A stretch of 64,000 nt of DNA from Octopus vulgaris (Eukaryota). The position numbers were made by a program, and so were the translations under genes. The stretch spans positions 92,752,001 through 92,816,000 of the forward strand of contig OX597824.1 in the NCBI GenBank assembly GCA_951406725.2, written 5' to 3'. Below are positions 40,143 through 56,550 of this stretch, piece after piece. Every line of letters begins with the position of its first letter. Position 1 is the first letter of the stretch. The notes under the pieces are model-generated. The model searched no databases and was not told the DNA's origin. It saw only the letters and a list, made by a program, of their open reading frames with translations.

Positions 40143-41624
40143 CGCAGAAGAGTAAAGAGAGAGTATATATATAAAGAACGCAACAGATGTCAACAAGATA
40201 TACGGACAGATAAACATACAAGGAAAGGCCCACATGGACGTATATCTATCTCTCGGCACAGACAGACATACACAACATAGAAAAAAGCAATACTTGTGTA
40301 ACATTGGTATGAAAGCATCTATTAGCTGTAAACAGAACGGGTAGGATGTCGCTGAGAAAGGCATGAAAATGTATGTTCCGTCATGGAAGCCAGTTATACA
40401 GTTGATGTAAATATGTCTTTGAAAATCAAGAAACATCCAGATTATAAATTCACATTTATACCGATAATAATTAGTTTAAGTCAATTTAATGAGCAAACTA
40501 AACTACCGGTCACCCGTTGGATTACTGACGGTTCAGGTTGTAAAACATTGAAGCTAATTCCAACATTGCTTTGAAATGGAGATTAATTTCATGATGATTC
40601 AGTTAAATATTTCCATTCATTCATGTCATCATAGATTTGGTTTAAAGTTTTATTGATTATTTCAGGATCTGATGGAGATAGAACTTCCGGGATAAACTTG
40701 AACTCCACTAACAGTACTTATTTACAAAAATACAAGAGGAATTGTTATATAGCGGAAATATAAAATTAATGGAAACAATTTTCACAGTATCATATATTCC
40801 CATTTCAGGATTATGTTATTTTTCTGGTATTTCCCATTCAGCGCCATTTTGGCTATATATAAAAGTATCCCCAAAATCTGAGTATCTCAGGAATCCGTGG
40901 TCTGATTTACGCGAAACTTGATTTATTCCGTTTGTATTCACATTTCAGGGGTTTCTAACTTTTCAGTGTCTTTTCTCATCATGCACAGATTTGACTGTAT
41001 TAAATTACAGGCAAGCTAGCAAGAACTCAAGGAGGCAAGCAATCACGCACTTTTTGTAGTATGTAGATGTCTAACGGCAGTCTGGTTAAGCTTGTATTTT
41101 CAGAAAAAGAAATCAAACAATTGACTTGATCACTATAAAAATAGTCTGTAAGTGGAACACTAAAGTATGCAAAATGTTTTCTAAATGCCTAAAATGTGAC
41201 ATTGCTTTTGTTATCTACATTCCAATAATAGATTTTTTACCTTCGTTGGAAACCAGCTCACTCCTCAGAGGAAAAATTAAAAAATTAAAGCTAAAAGGGA
41301 ATATACATACTACATGCAAACATACATACATACATACACAAGCACACATACAGATATATATCTATTTACATAAATGTGTAATGGTGTGTGTGTGTGTGTG
41401 TTAAGTTACGGGGACGTAAACGCACCAGCATCGGTTGTCAAGCGATGTTGGGCGACAATCACAGACACACAAATACACGCACACATACACCAACACACGC
41501 ACACACACATACATATACATACATATATATATATGTATGTATATATATATATATACATATATATACATATATATACATATATATAAATATATATACATAT
41601 ATATACTGTGACTATATATATACA

Positions 41625-41656
<32 letters not shown>

Positions 41657-42134
41657 CATATATACATATATATATACATATATATATATATATACATGCA
41701 TATATATCTTTATACATACACTATTCATCAACTATGTCTTCCGTATTTCTTCATTCTTAAAAGAAGCACTTAGAAGGAGAAACAATTCGCAGAATCTGAC
41801 GTTCCCTTCTGCAGACAGTCCAGCTGCGTCCACCGTACATCCAAAACACTGCACCACAAACTACAAAAACTATTAAAACGATCATCTCTAGAATACCGTA
41901 TTTTAATTTGCCTTCAGCTCTTTTTAATCGTAAATTGGCGATTATATGCTCTGCCGCACACGGGATTACTCTTAACTATTACTGCCTAATACTCAAACAA
42001 CACAATCACCAACGGCTAACAAATAGACAATACAAACAACGCATGCACCGTTTTTCTCTGGCCGCCATTTTCTTCTTGAATGCCACTGGCTTCCCCGGCA
42101 TCTCTGTGTGTATATATATATATGAATATATATA

Positions 42135-42180
<46 letters not shown>

Positions 42181-42195
42181 TACATACTTATATAT

Positions 42196-42253
<58 letters not shown>

Positions 42254-42337
42254 GTAGAAATGTACATATATATAGATTTATATATATACATGTATATACA
42301 TATATATATACAGGTATATACATATATATATATATAT

Positions 42338-42392
<55 letters not shown>

Positions 42393-43791
42393 TACATACA
42401 ATAGCATTACTTTCAATAATCAATACCATTACTATCGGTGTATGATTTGAGTCGTTCACATTTCATCCACGTGACATCTATACCCTTCCAGTTTCATTCC
42501 CACTGACCGGCAATCTTCACCGGTCTTTAGCTGCTGGGGTTGACCATATACTCGTGCGTTAAATTTACTGGATATAAATTATATATAAGTTGGTTGTTTA
42601 TACTTATATATATGTACATAACACTAAATATCTTTTAAATGTTTGAGCTTCAAAGCTGCGGTCATGCTGGAGCACTGCCGTTGACTGAGCTTCGTCATTA
42701 TTTGAAACTTCCTCTGATATGTGGCATAAAATATATGTATTTTTTCCTACTAAATGCCTTCACCATCAACCGGCCTTCACCAGGCAAAATGTATATACGG
42801 CTTTACATTTTAGTGTCCGCTTCTTAAGGACTTATGTTTTTTTCTAAATACGATAATATATATATGTATATATATATATTTATATATAAACGATAACAGA
42901 CCACATTTACTTCATCCATAGGTATTCTTTACTGGTAGATATCACAAATCTCCCGGCTTTGATCTACTTTCTGGAATGTAATGTGTCTATAGTGTAATGC
43001 ACTGGGTTGAAAGCATTCGGGATACATCTCTGGTTTCAGAAGTATGAGTCCCTTCAATTTCTGTTAGTTTGTATCAAAGCACAGAGGCTCTGCCTTTCCA
43101 TGTGACTGAAAATTGAACGATATATTCTACCATCAATCCTTACATAAGTTTCGTCACCAATAAATACTAGAGCATTTCACGTGCGACCAGAGTTAATACT
43201 ACCAAATAATACCAAAGCAAGCACCACCACGATGAACCATATAGCTTCTACCAATCAACATACATCAAAAATAAATAATAACGAGAATATAATTTGTACT
43301 ACCTCAAACCACATCCGATACAGTGAAATCTTAACCAAAAACAAAACTGAAAGCAAAGAGTTCCATTTGCATCAACATCACAAAATATAATAATAAAACT
43401 CTTTCCATCGCCAAAGGCAGTAGAAAAATTTACCAACTCAAACTAGAACCAACACGAGCACAATAACTACCAACAGGGCAATGGCCCATACTACAATCAG
43501 GAATTCCACTACAATAACAACCAGAGGCAATTGGGTTCCATTAATTCAACATCGAGAGGGGTTATTTAACCTATAAACCCGACGACTACGACATTGAAAT
43601 CGAATTGAATGCGTCTCAATCCGCGGTCTGTTCGCTTCATTGAATACGATTTAAAATCGAACGAAGCAATAAAACGGAGGCGATGCCTTAGATTAAAGTG
43701 AATCCGAGAAATAATCACAGTGTTTTGCCATTTAGATTCCAAGAAATACGTATTGGAAGTTTATACATGTATACATATACATATATGTGTG

Positions 43792-43828
<37 letters not shown>

Positions 43829-44036
43829 CTATGTTTGTATAAATATATATATACATTTATATACATATATATTTATACGTATATATATACATATATATAA
43901 ATATATATAAATATATATGCATACGAAGATGTATATATCTATATGAATGTGTATATGTGTAGGTGAGTGTGTATGCACATATATGTATATATACATAAAT
44001 ATTTATGGACATACCTATATATGTATATTATGTGTA

Positions 44037-44072
<36 letters not shown>

Positions 44073-44178
44073 AACACATATATATCTATATATACATATG
44101 TATGTATTTATATGCATGTATATATATATATATATTTATGTATTTATATGCAGGAATAAATATGCATATATATATGTG

Positions 44179-44210
<32 letters not shown>

Positions 44211-44541
44211 CATATGTATATACATGCCAATAGGTCTACGTACGTCCTTGTATATATATCTTTATATACAAACGCGCACATATCAACGCACACACATACG
44301 CACATTCAATTCAGACCGATATGAATAGAAGGCATACACACGAACCCATGAGTATGTGTGTTGTATATGTTAAGGAACAAGTGCGTGTAAGAGTGTGTCG
44401 GTCTCGCTACCACGATACGATGCTTTCCATTCTGTACCTTTGCGGCTTTGTGCGTTTTCTCTCCTTTCACGTGAAACTTGTATAGAGATACACAACCACA
44501 CAGGTACACACGCGCAAACACACACAAACATACAAATACAA

Positions 44542-44583
<42 letters not shown>

Positions 44584-45087
44584 GTACAAAAACTTATATA
44601 TCTTTGTACATATGTGTACCCATATGCATATATTTGTGTGTGATTGCATCCGTATATCTGTCGAATTCTGTATATGTTCATGTATGATTTAATTCCCTCC
44701 AAAACTATTTTTAGACTATTAATTTCTAAGACTATACTCAAATGCTATTTACCCAGCTTTTGTAAGTAAAATATCAAAGCATCATCTACCTTAAGAAATT
44801 CTCAAATTGCCCATCAAACTTCGAGAGATTTTTGGCATTAAACAAACAGACTGTGTTGATCAATTACAAAGAAATAATCGAGCAATTCCTTTGTAGTTCA
44901 AAAATTGTAAACTGACAGACGCACACTCACACACACAGATATGTGTGTTTGTGTGTTTGTGTGTATGTAGATAGGTACAAATATATCTGTCAATGTTCGT
45001 ATGAGGCTCGTATAATGCGTACAGTTGTATGTGTGAACCGGTAAATATGTATAGACATTCATATACATACGTAAATATTCATATGTA

Positions 45088-45147
<60 letters not shown>

Positions 45148-45170
45148 TGTGTAAGTGCGTAGGTCTATCT

Positions 45171-45217
<47 letters not shown>

Positions 45218-45220
45218 ATG

Positions 45221-45276
<56 letters not shown>

Positions 45277-45499
45277 ACTAAAAATGCAAATAAACAAAAT
45301 TAGGCGTAAGTTTGTTTATCCAAATAAATAAATGGTTGCTGTGACTATATCCTACACTACAAGTGTTTCGCATAAAAGATTGCCATTACCATAATGTTTA
45401 TCTTCCTCTCTTTCTTCCTCTCTGCCTTATTCCAAAGCCTTTTATGCTACAGGTAGGAGTTGGATTTAAACTTTCAGATATACCTGTGAGCTAGAAACA

Positions 45500-45760
<261 letters not shown>

Positions 45761-46054
45761 GTGACCATAGACCTCAGATACATAGAGTTAGCAAAAAGTG
45801 AGTTTGTTCGAAAAAATGTCCGTTGCTTTGAATTTCTTAACCATTATCCCCACTGTAGGAAACGGAACAATGGCTGCACTTCTGTCCCGACCTGTCTTGA
45901 AACCATCTGCTATCTGTCGCTATGACCAACCCAAGCGTTTATTGTGTAGTATCAATTAAATATCCTCTTCTTTAGGCAAACATATAATAAACTTGCGGAA
46001 GAAATGAGAACATAACTTAGAGTTAGTTTTCTTATATTTAGACTTTATGCCCAC

Positions 46055-46091
<37 letters not shown>

Positions 46092-46109
46092 CGTACATAC
46101 ATACATTCA

Positions 46110-46159
<50 letters not shown>

Positions 46160-46185
46160 TGAATGTATGTATGTGTGTACGTATG

Positions 46186-46275
<90 letters not shown>

Positions 46276-46391
46276 TGAATGTATGTATGTACGTATGTAT
46301 ATATATATATATATATATATATACATCTGGACATAAAATTTAAATATAAGGAAAATATCGCGTGTGCGCCTTTGTGTGTGCGTGTGTGTGT

Positions 46392-46435
<44 letters not shown>

Positions 46436-47544
46436 AACCAAAGGGTGTAACCATGCCGTAACACCGCCACAACACCAAGCTTTTAAAATAAATATATTGG
46501 AGAAAGAACTCTGGCGGAGAGAAAGCGCAAGAAAATCTGGCGTTCAAAATATATTGCATTTCTTCCTTGTTACGCTAGATCAGGGTTAAACTACTCTTAA
46601 GTAACACTCACAACAAAATATCGATGCCGTGACTGGGCTATTAAGAAATACGTCCTCCCTTTATTGGCCATGACGTAAATGCTATTAAATTATATAAATA
46701 TCAGCATTATTTGTTTGATTAAAAATCGTAGGTATGCTGCACTTAGAGTTTACCGGGAATCTAAAATATTGCGAGCGAATTTGGGCAGAGGATATGCATC
46801 GTAGAATAATTTGCACTTCATACACAATGTCCCATTGAGCTTCTACGTCAATCACACACGTCTCTCATTAGTGATTCTGTCCCTAATTTGTGCTTTACAA
46901 TCGTCAGACTGTTATCACACGAGACACTAGCGTAACAATTTTCTGCATTGTATATTAATTATAATGTAATCGAACTTATCCAGATTTTAAACCGTTTTCA
47001 ATTTCATTTATTCTTTGATAATAATTTTCTTATCTACACAGTTCACTCTCTGCAATTAATATTTTAAAATGAGATGTATTAATTAAGAATCTAAGACATG
47101 GAAAATTTCGCATAAATAGATTTTGTGTTTCTGATATGCTTAAACTCAAATTAGGACCAGAAGCCCTAGAAATTGGATATCATTTTATACACCACAGCCA
47201 GTAATATAGACGAAAGTTGGATTTAATTAAGACTTTGAATCGTTACATTATGCCATTTTAGGGAAACTTCATGTGATGTACAGGGAAAAGTGTGTGAACT
47301 TCAAATGTAATCATATCGTTTTAGCTAAAAAGGGGGTTATCTAAAAATGTCAAGATCAGCGCAACTTTTGAAATTATATTGCTTGCAAAGAGGCTCAAAG
47401 TTGAGCGCTTAAAGTCATGAACGTACAAAAATCTTGTCTTTGCTGTAATAGTAATTACAGAACAACTTTCAAAGATAAAGTGACTCCACAAATACAAATA
47501 ACGTTTTACAGAAATATATATTAGATGTGACAGTGTAATATGCA

Positions 47545-47577
<33 letters not shown>

Positions 47578-48309
47578 CATAAATATATCTAATGGGTATA
47601 TGTATATATATAAGTATGTATATATGTGGGTGTATTTATATGTGTATATGTTTGTGTGTGTGTGTGTTTGTGTTTGTACGCAAACCGAAATTTCTATATA
47701 CGTTAGTCTTCATTTATAACCATCGAATCCAACCAAATACTTTTAGTTTCTGTGTTATAAGTCATTGTTTGATAGAAATGTCGTAATTGAAAATGCAAGC
47801 AAATATGTACAAATATTGTTTGGCCACAAGGCATATCTTTTATATTATGTTTCTTCCATTATATCAGATTTTGCTAAAGTTTCAGTAATTGCATGAAATA
47901 CTGATGTATATCTTAAAGTATATTTAATTTTAAACACGTAACCGAACGTTCCCTTCAATTGCTAAATGTCAAAACTCTGATGTAGTTTCGAAGGAGATGT
48001 ACACGGTTTACGACTTAACGGCGTTCTTTTTCCTATCGTACACATACAATAAAGCTGGACATTTAGAGATATCATTCTGCATGGTTTTCTCATATACAAA
48101 TGCAGTAAATTCACCAGGGGTCCTTTTATATTCATTGTGAATCAATGCTCAATCCAATATTCTTATATTCCCGTGTGCACATATACAACATATATTCCAA
48201 TGAAAATTAAACATGACATCGATTTATATCTCCATACTGGCATACATGTAGGTGTATGTGTGTATTTATTGATTCAGATATCTATCTGTCTGTCTCCCTT
48301 TCTACCTAT

Positions 48310-48343
<34 letters not shown>

Positions 48344-48453
48344 CTACTTATCTATCTTTGTATATGTAGGTGTGTGATGAGTGTGTGCGTGTGTGTATGT
48401 TTGTGTATGTATCTTTGTGTGTATTTGTGGATGTGTCTATATGAGTAAATCTG

Positions 48454-48532
<79 letters not shown>

Positions 48533-48598
48533 ATAATATATAAGTATATCTCAGTCACTCTCTAATTCCTCTTCCTCTCTCTTGTTTTATATATGTAT

Positions 48599-48629
<31 letters not shown>

Positions 48630-48709
48630 ATATATGTATGTATATGTGTGTGTGTGTGTGAGTGTAGTTATATATAGGAAGTTAGATAGATATGCATATA
48701 TACACACAG

Positions 48710-48745
<36 letters not shown>

Positions 48746-48823
48746 ATGCAACACACGCTCACAACCACTTAAGTATAGATATACAGACACGTGTGTCTGT
48801 GTGTGTATGTGTGTCAATCTCTT

Positions 48824-48860
<37 letters not shown>

Positions 48861-49429
48861 TGTTTATCTTTCCTACACCATTTTGCATTTCACTTCAAGC
48901 TGGCATTTATCTCCTATTCTTTGACAGTATAAATTTCGTAAATGCAGGAAGAGTTTAATAATAAACAAACCTCTTTCCTGGTGCACTGACAGAAAAAATA
49001 CAAAATAAAAAGCGTTATCGGAGGCATAAGCAGTTATGGAGTTCCTTGATGTAGTCGGTTCGTCTGTGATATACCAACGACAACGTCGGCGTAAACCACC
49101 GACTTGCTTTTGCTATTTTTTCTTTAAGTTTTTTCTTCATAACAAAAGACAAGATGAAGAGAAGAATCAACACCTAAAACACACCAACACCACCACCATC
49201 ACAGCCACCACAACCAGCAACAACAATATCAGCAATGATAGTAAAACAAGGAAACTTGATTTAATAAATGATAGAATCGTGTTGGCTCTGGTCATCATGG
49301 CTCTCCATTTACGCTGCTAGGGGTCCTAGCATATTCTTCGTTTGCATTTTCTTCACCACCCTTTTCTAGGTTCTCTCCGCCTTCAAATTTTCCTTTTTAC
49401 TTCCTGATCTTTTTACCTTTTTCTTCATT

Positions 49430-50430
<1,001 letters not shown>

Positions 50431-50709
50431 CCGTTGTCCTTACTCTCATCAGTTCTTACCTTTGCCGTTGCCTATCGCCATACATCGTATGTTACTGAAC
50501 ACCTGACTAAAGGTCATATTTTGCTAATAAAACCATTGTCTTTCCTTTTGCTATTCAATTGACAACTGTTCCTCTCCACACGCCTCAAAGGCGTCATTCG
50601 CCCATATTGTCTCTTAACTTCGGAACAGCCAAATGGAATTCCATGAACCACATACATGTAGACACACACGCAAGCCCGTATACATGCATATATGCATGTA
50701 TGTGTGTGT

Positions 50710-50746
<37 letters not shown>

Positions 50747-50833
50747 ATGTGTGTAAGTGGACTGATCTTCACCTTGATGAAATCTTAAATATATTATAAC
50801 TGAATATCATGAAAAGTAACACACACACACATA

Positions 50834-50841
50834 TAATAATA

Positions 50842-50879
<38 letters not shown>

Positions 50880-50880
50880 C

Positions 50881-50919
<39 letters not shown>

Positions 50920-50939
50920 TAATAATAATAATAATAATG

Positions 50940-50988
<49 letters not shown>

Positions 50989-51023
50989 TAATAATAATAA
51001 TAGTAATAATAATAATAATAATG

Positions 51024-51087
<64 letters not shown>

Positions 51088-51091
51088 TAAT
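50834..51091. repeat. (TAA)n microsatellite
   Basis: Direct reading. Confidence 0.95.
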
Positions 51092-51914
51092 AAATGCCCT
51101 GATGCAGTATCAGGCGCAGTGGTTCTCGTGGCTTCTGAAATTAATCTTCTCTCTTCCTTCCTTTACGCCACGGGAATTCAACTCCTCTCTTCTCTTCATT
51201 TGACTCCCTTCATCTCCTCTCTTCATTGATACCCCCACTCCCGACCCCCACACGACACCCCCGCACTACAACCCCCCACCACTCCGCCTCACTCTCCACC
51301 CACACCTCATCCCCAAACCACACAACACCTCGAACAATACCACACATAACATCCCACACAACACCCCCGCAAAACACCCATACACAACACCCACACACAA
51401 CACGCCCACACAACACCCACTTACCACAACCCCACCCCACCACATCACTTCACACCTCGTCACAAGCACCAGCACTGACCACTTTGCAGCACCCACTCCA
51501 CACATCATCACCCACACCATCACACATTTCAGATGTACACAGTTACACACGCACACTTCCCCACGTCATAGCCACTAGCCCCTATCCACACATACAAACT
51601 TACACCTTCTCACATAGGCATAAACGCACGCACACCCTCTTTTGGAGAACACCGATACTTTATTATCTCCCCTTCTTTCTACCTTTCCTAGAGAACAATT
51701 CTCTACCCTATCAAAATTACGATAAGTAACACCAACAAACACAACAACCCCATATTTACCGTCACCATTCATAAAATACTTTCTAATAGAAATATTCCAC
51801 CATACACCCCTTCACAGTTAACCTCCCACAAAACGTTATAATCCCAAGTAATCGTTTTATTTAAGAAAAGTATTTTGAAAGTGCTTCATCGAAGTTGATA
51901 TATCCCATTTAGAA

Positions 51915-52056
51915 AGATAGATAGATAGAGAGAGAGAGCAAGAGCGAGAGAGCGAAATAGATAGATAGATAGATACAGAGAGAGAATGAGAGAGAGCAAG
52001 AGAGAGAGCGAGACAGATAGACCGAGAGAGTGAGAGAGCAAGAGAGAGCGAGACAG

Positions 52057-52109
<53 letters not shown>

Positions 52110-52118
52110 GAGATCAAG

Positions 52119-52181
<63 letters not shown>

Positions 52182-52280
52182 CAGACAGATAGATAGAGAG
52201 AGAGAGATTGAGATAGAGGGGAGAGAGATAGAGAAAAATGCATAAATAGATATAGAGAGAGATCGAGATAGATAGATATG
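51915..52280. repeat. Compound (GATA/GA)n
   Basis: Direct reading. Confidence 0.9.
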
Positions 52281-53139
52281 GAAGCACACACAACAATGGA
52301 TTTAGACTGCATTAAATCTGTTCCTAACTGATCTCTTCCATTTCACATTTAGTTGTGCCCGAAGGCACCGTTCTCAATAGGCTGTAAAATGAGAGGCTCT
52401 ATCACACTGCTTCTCCCTACTATTCCTTGATCTATAATAGGAACACTAAGACTCTGGAAAATATGCCAGAAGCCATCTGTTGTTTACGTGTTCTTTCATT
52501 GCACTTCCGTGAATTTATCCGTTCCTGTTCACTCTCACATACTCACATACAGTTCTATATGTTCCCTTCATAATTGTTGTTTATATTCCTGTATAATTCT
52601 TTCACTTGTATTTAAGTAGGCGAATTTCTCGTTTAGGAAAAAAAAAATACGAAGAATAATTCAATCAGAAAATGCGACACAATAAAGTTGAAGGAACAGC
52701 TTTCAAAAATATCAACTGGAACATCAAACGCGAACATAAAACATTAGACAACGAAAGATAGAGATGTTGGTGTCATTTTGAACGTTTAACATAATTTGTG
52801 TTGTTCGATATACGCACACTCCGTGTGATATTTTGTATGTTTGTCATGCAAGACGTATTTTTTAGGTTTTTATTAAGGTAAATTTCTGCGATAATAACTG
52901 TTACATTCGCACAAACCTCGTCGAGACTGATGCCATTTTGTCTTATCTTTCATCATCTAAATAATTTTACGTAAACTACGGGAAATTAACAGTTCATCTT
53001 GTATTTCTTTGCAATGTTGTCATAGGTACTTTTTGGCAAATTTGTCTGTTGTATTAAAATAAGAAAAGTCGTTTGAATAATGCTGCACTTGTTGAGATTA
53101 GATTTGTAATGGAGTCTTCAGCTGGTCACCTACTTAGTA

Positions 53140-53640
53140 TTGGGTTCAAATTTTGCCTGAAGGGCAGCCATTACGAGAGACGCTAAGTCGATTACATCCA
53201 CCCAGTACTTTACTGACGCCTCTTTTATCTACCCCAGAAGGATAAAAATCCAAGTCGACGTCGGCGGAATTTAAACACAGAATCATGGAGATGAACGAAA
53301 TGATTCTAAGCATAGCGCGGTAAACATATTGCCGGTTCACCACCTTAATATTAATCAATCATGTAATTAGGGGCGGTGAGCTGACAGAATCGTTATGACG
53401 CCGGGCAAAATACGTAACGGATTTTCGTCCAAATTCCGCCGAGATTGACATTGGATTTCCTTTTATCGGGGTCCAGATACTAAATACTATTTGAACATTG
53501 GGACCAATCAATAAACCTAGAGCTGCTCCCACCAGCGAAATTTGAAACCAATATTATTCAAGAGATTATGGTGGTGAGCTGGCAATATAGTGAGAACGCC
53601 GAGGCGAAATGCTTATCGGCTTTTAGTCCGTTCTGCTTTT
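53140..53640. mobile_element. Cluster of three degenerate SINE family C copies (one minus, two plus)
   Basis: GGCGGTGAGCTGACAGAATCG at about 53371, GGTGGTGAGCTGGCA at about 53570; reverse copy with GTCGACGTCGGCGGAATTT. Confidence 0.7.
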
Positions 53641-53654
53641 CGATGCAAGTTGTT

Positions 53655-53922
53655 TGTTTCTTCTCGAACCGTGCCTGCCTAATAAGGGCCGGATTTCCGG
53701 TTTACTTGGCTGGACGTCGCAGGTGAGCTGCAAGATGCAGGAGGAAAGAGTGAGAGAAAGTTGTTGCGAAAGAGGCAGCAGAAGTTTGCCATAACCTTCT
53801 GCCGGAGTCGCGTGGAGCTTAGGTGTTTCGCTTATAAACACACACATCACCGGTCTGAGACTCGAACCCGCGATGCCTCGACCGCGAGTCTGCTGCTCTA
53901 ACTACTATGTCATGTGCCTTCA
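53655..53922 (-). mobile_element. SINE family B variant
   Basis: GTGGAGCTTAGGTGTTTCGCT..GACCGCGAGTCTGCTGCTCTAAC; 3' part differs from the other B copies. Confidence 0.75.
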
Positions 53923-54376
53923 CTTCAATACAAGTTATATCCCAAATAATTAGGTCTATAGATATTCCAGTCGCTGCTGTCATGTCGTATAGGTATCTCT
54001 ACGAGAAATCTATCCAGTAAGTTTTAACTTATCTGAATGCCATTCGAAAATTTGATAACATGTGCACTAAGGTCAATAGAGAAACCCTGCAAATGTAGAG
54101 AATCGATTTTTTTTTCTTTTTGTCTAGTATTATATTAAGAGCAGCGTCTGGCTTTTGAAATGTGTACATTCACACAACTGACAGAACAGTGGGAAAATAA
54201 TTTCACAGTCATTTTAAGGCTACAATTTCTGTATAAAGGTAGCAGAAGTTCTTAAACATGGCGTTTAGTGAAATATATCTACGCTGTATTCGCGAAGAGA
54301 ACTTCGCAGTCTTTTTCAATGTGTTCTATAACACATGAACAAGAAAAGAATCGAACATGAATTTTTCATGCCATAC

Positions 54377-54436
<60 letters not shown>

Positions 54437-54762
54437 CATTAGTGCCCTTATTATTATAATTAAATTAATTATATAATTATTTAACAATATATACTGGTAT
54501 TTATTAGCTATATGATTTATTATATGCTGGCTACTTGATCAAATCTAATAAAGACTTTATCCTTGATTATAAGTAAATAAAATCAAATTGCTCTGACCGG
54601 AATATTCACTGCGGGGTTATTTTCTGCTGTGTATGCACGTGTTTGAGGTGGATAAATTAGATTTAGCTCGTTTATACATAAGAGCATTTGTATATACGCT
54701 TATGGATACTTGTTATTCGTAAGGTTATGTATAAATGCTTATAATTACGTACAATAAGTCAT

Positions 54763-54820
54763 ACCTTACTGATGAAGGTAAGAAGATTTTACTTCTCTAA
54801 ACTAGAAATCGATCTATGGT
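54763..54820 (+). ncRNA. Type I hammerhead with palindromic stem III
   Basis: ACCTTA CTGATGA AGGT-AAGAAG..CTTCT..AACT-A GAAA TCG ATC TATGGT. Confidence 0.65.
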
Positions 54821-55103
54821 TAAACTTTTTAAAGAATCTTATTTATTCACTTTCGGCTTTTTCAATCCATGCTAATGGAGTATATAATTGTAGCTCTTAG
54901 AGTCATTTGGCGTCTGTTTCTAGCACTTTCAACACTCTAAAATTTGATATGCTACCCTTTCAACACACGAAAATTATTTTGATGTATGGCTGTGGTGAAT
55001 GAAGGAATTCTTGTTTCCTATCGCGATGAAGGGTTAACCTGAAACTGTTCAAAAATTTGGATGTAGTTTTGTTATGACGACACCCACATCCACACCACAT
55101 CTA

Positions 55104-55152
<49 letters not shown>

Positions 55153-55274
55153 ACATATATACATATATATATATATTCCTATGTTATAAATATATATATA
55201 TATATATATATAAACATATACATATACATACGTGTGAGTATAGGCCCGCATATATATATATATATATATATATA

Positions 55275-55609
55275 ATATCAACAATTGAGGGTAAAATTAA
55301 TTAGTTATTAATCAATTTCACCAAGTATTCAGTATGTAAAAGGACCATTTAAGGCGAATTCAAAATATTACATTATATAATTAGGGCTTAGTAAAATAAA
55401 TTACTTTGCCACATACTGAATTTGCTAGAAATAGCAGCCAGTACTTGTGATATTTTTCTGTTTTTACCTCCATACCCTCGTGAGTTGTTTTGAGTAAACA
55501 TTATCTGAGAGAAATTTTCTTTAAGTAGTGGAAATGGCAAGAAAAACTTTTTTGGCTGCTATTTCTAGCAAATTCAGTATGTGGCAAAGTAATTTATTTT
55601 ACTAAGCCC

Positions 55610-55619
<10 letters not shown>
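55275..55619. mobile_element. TA-flanked PLE-like module with perfect 67-bp inverted repeat (55374-55440 / 55553-55619)
   Basis: Arms are exact reverse complements and contain GGCTGCTATTTCTAGC. Confidence 0.8.
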
Positions 55620-55670
<51 letters not shown>

Positions 55671-56053
55671 TTGTGTGTGCTTGTGAGTGCTCGCGCGCAT
55701 AAGTGTGTCCGTGTGTGGGCTTGTATGAAGGGTAAATGTATGAATGTATGTAATGCAGCTACTATTGTCAGAAGTGACAATAATTATTACCGCCACAACA
55801 ATTAATTTTATTCTACAATTTTACTGCCGTGCTGAAAGTATCCCAATTCATATTCATTTAATTGCTCAATCATTACAAGAATATTATATTTCTTTTAAAC
55901 GCTATGCCCCAAGAATTCATGGCCGTCGCCGAAGTTGATTGCAATTCATTTTCTTCCTTCATTTTTTTTTTTTGCAACCACAAATAATCAAATATGCTGT
56001 AAATCTGTTTGATATCAATGATATCAAATATAAGCAAATATATCCGTTATACG

Positions 56054-56084
<31 letters not shown>

Positions 56085-56257
56085 TACACACACAACAATA
56101 TACAGATAGATACATAGATAGATAGATGGATAGATAGAGAGTAAGGTAGAATAATATGTAGATAGTTGGACAGAGGTATAGATAAACTTACGCATGTATG
56201 TATATATATATATGTGTGTGTGTGTATGTTATTACGCAATAAAAAATATTATATATT

Positions 56258-56300
<43 letters not shown>

Positions 56301-56307
56301 ATGATGA

Positions 56308-56356
<49 letters not shown>

Positions 56357-56505
56357 AAACGATCTCGACCTCGCACCCACAAGGGTAACAAGAGAGACAG
56401 AAACAGACAGAAACAAAGAAAATGCCACTTGTATTTGAACACTATGCAAATATTCTTTAAAAAAAACTTTGCTTTTAATTTTTCCAAAATTAAATTGCTC
56501 TCTAT

Positions 56506-56550
56506 ATTTACAGTTGAAAAAGTTTCAATGACTGAAACCGGTACTGAAAT
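56506..56550 (+). ncRNA. Type I hammerhead with compensatory U3-A8 core
   Basis: ATTTACAG TTGAAAA AGT-TTCAATG-ACT GAAAC CG GTA CTGAAAT. Confidence 0.7.

Noticed and set aside
47320-47545. Possible hAT dimerisation-domain relic (SLYL*KLF..KDK)
   Set aside because: Too degenerate to support by eye
51210-51850. Pro/Thr/His-rich 167-aa ORF
   Set aside because: C/A-rich low-complexity sequence; possibly a PLE linker but without diagnostic motifs
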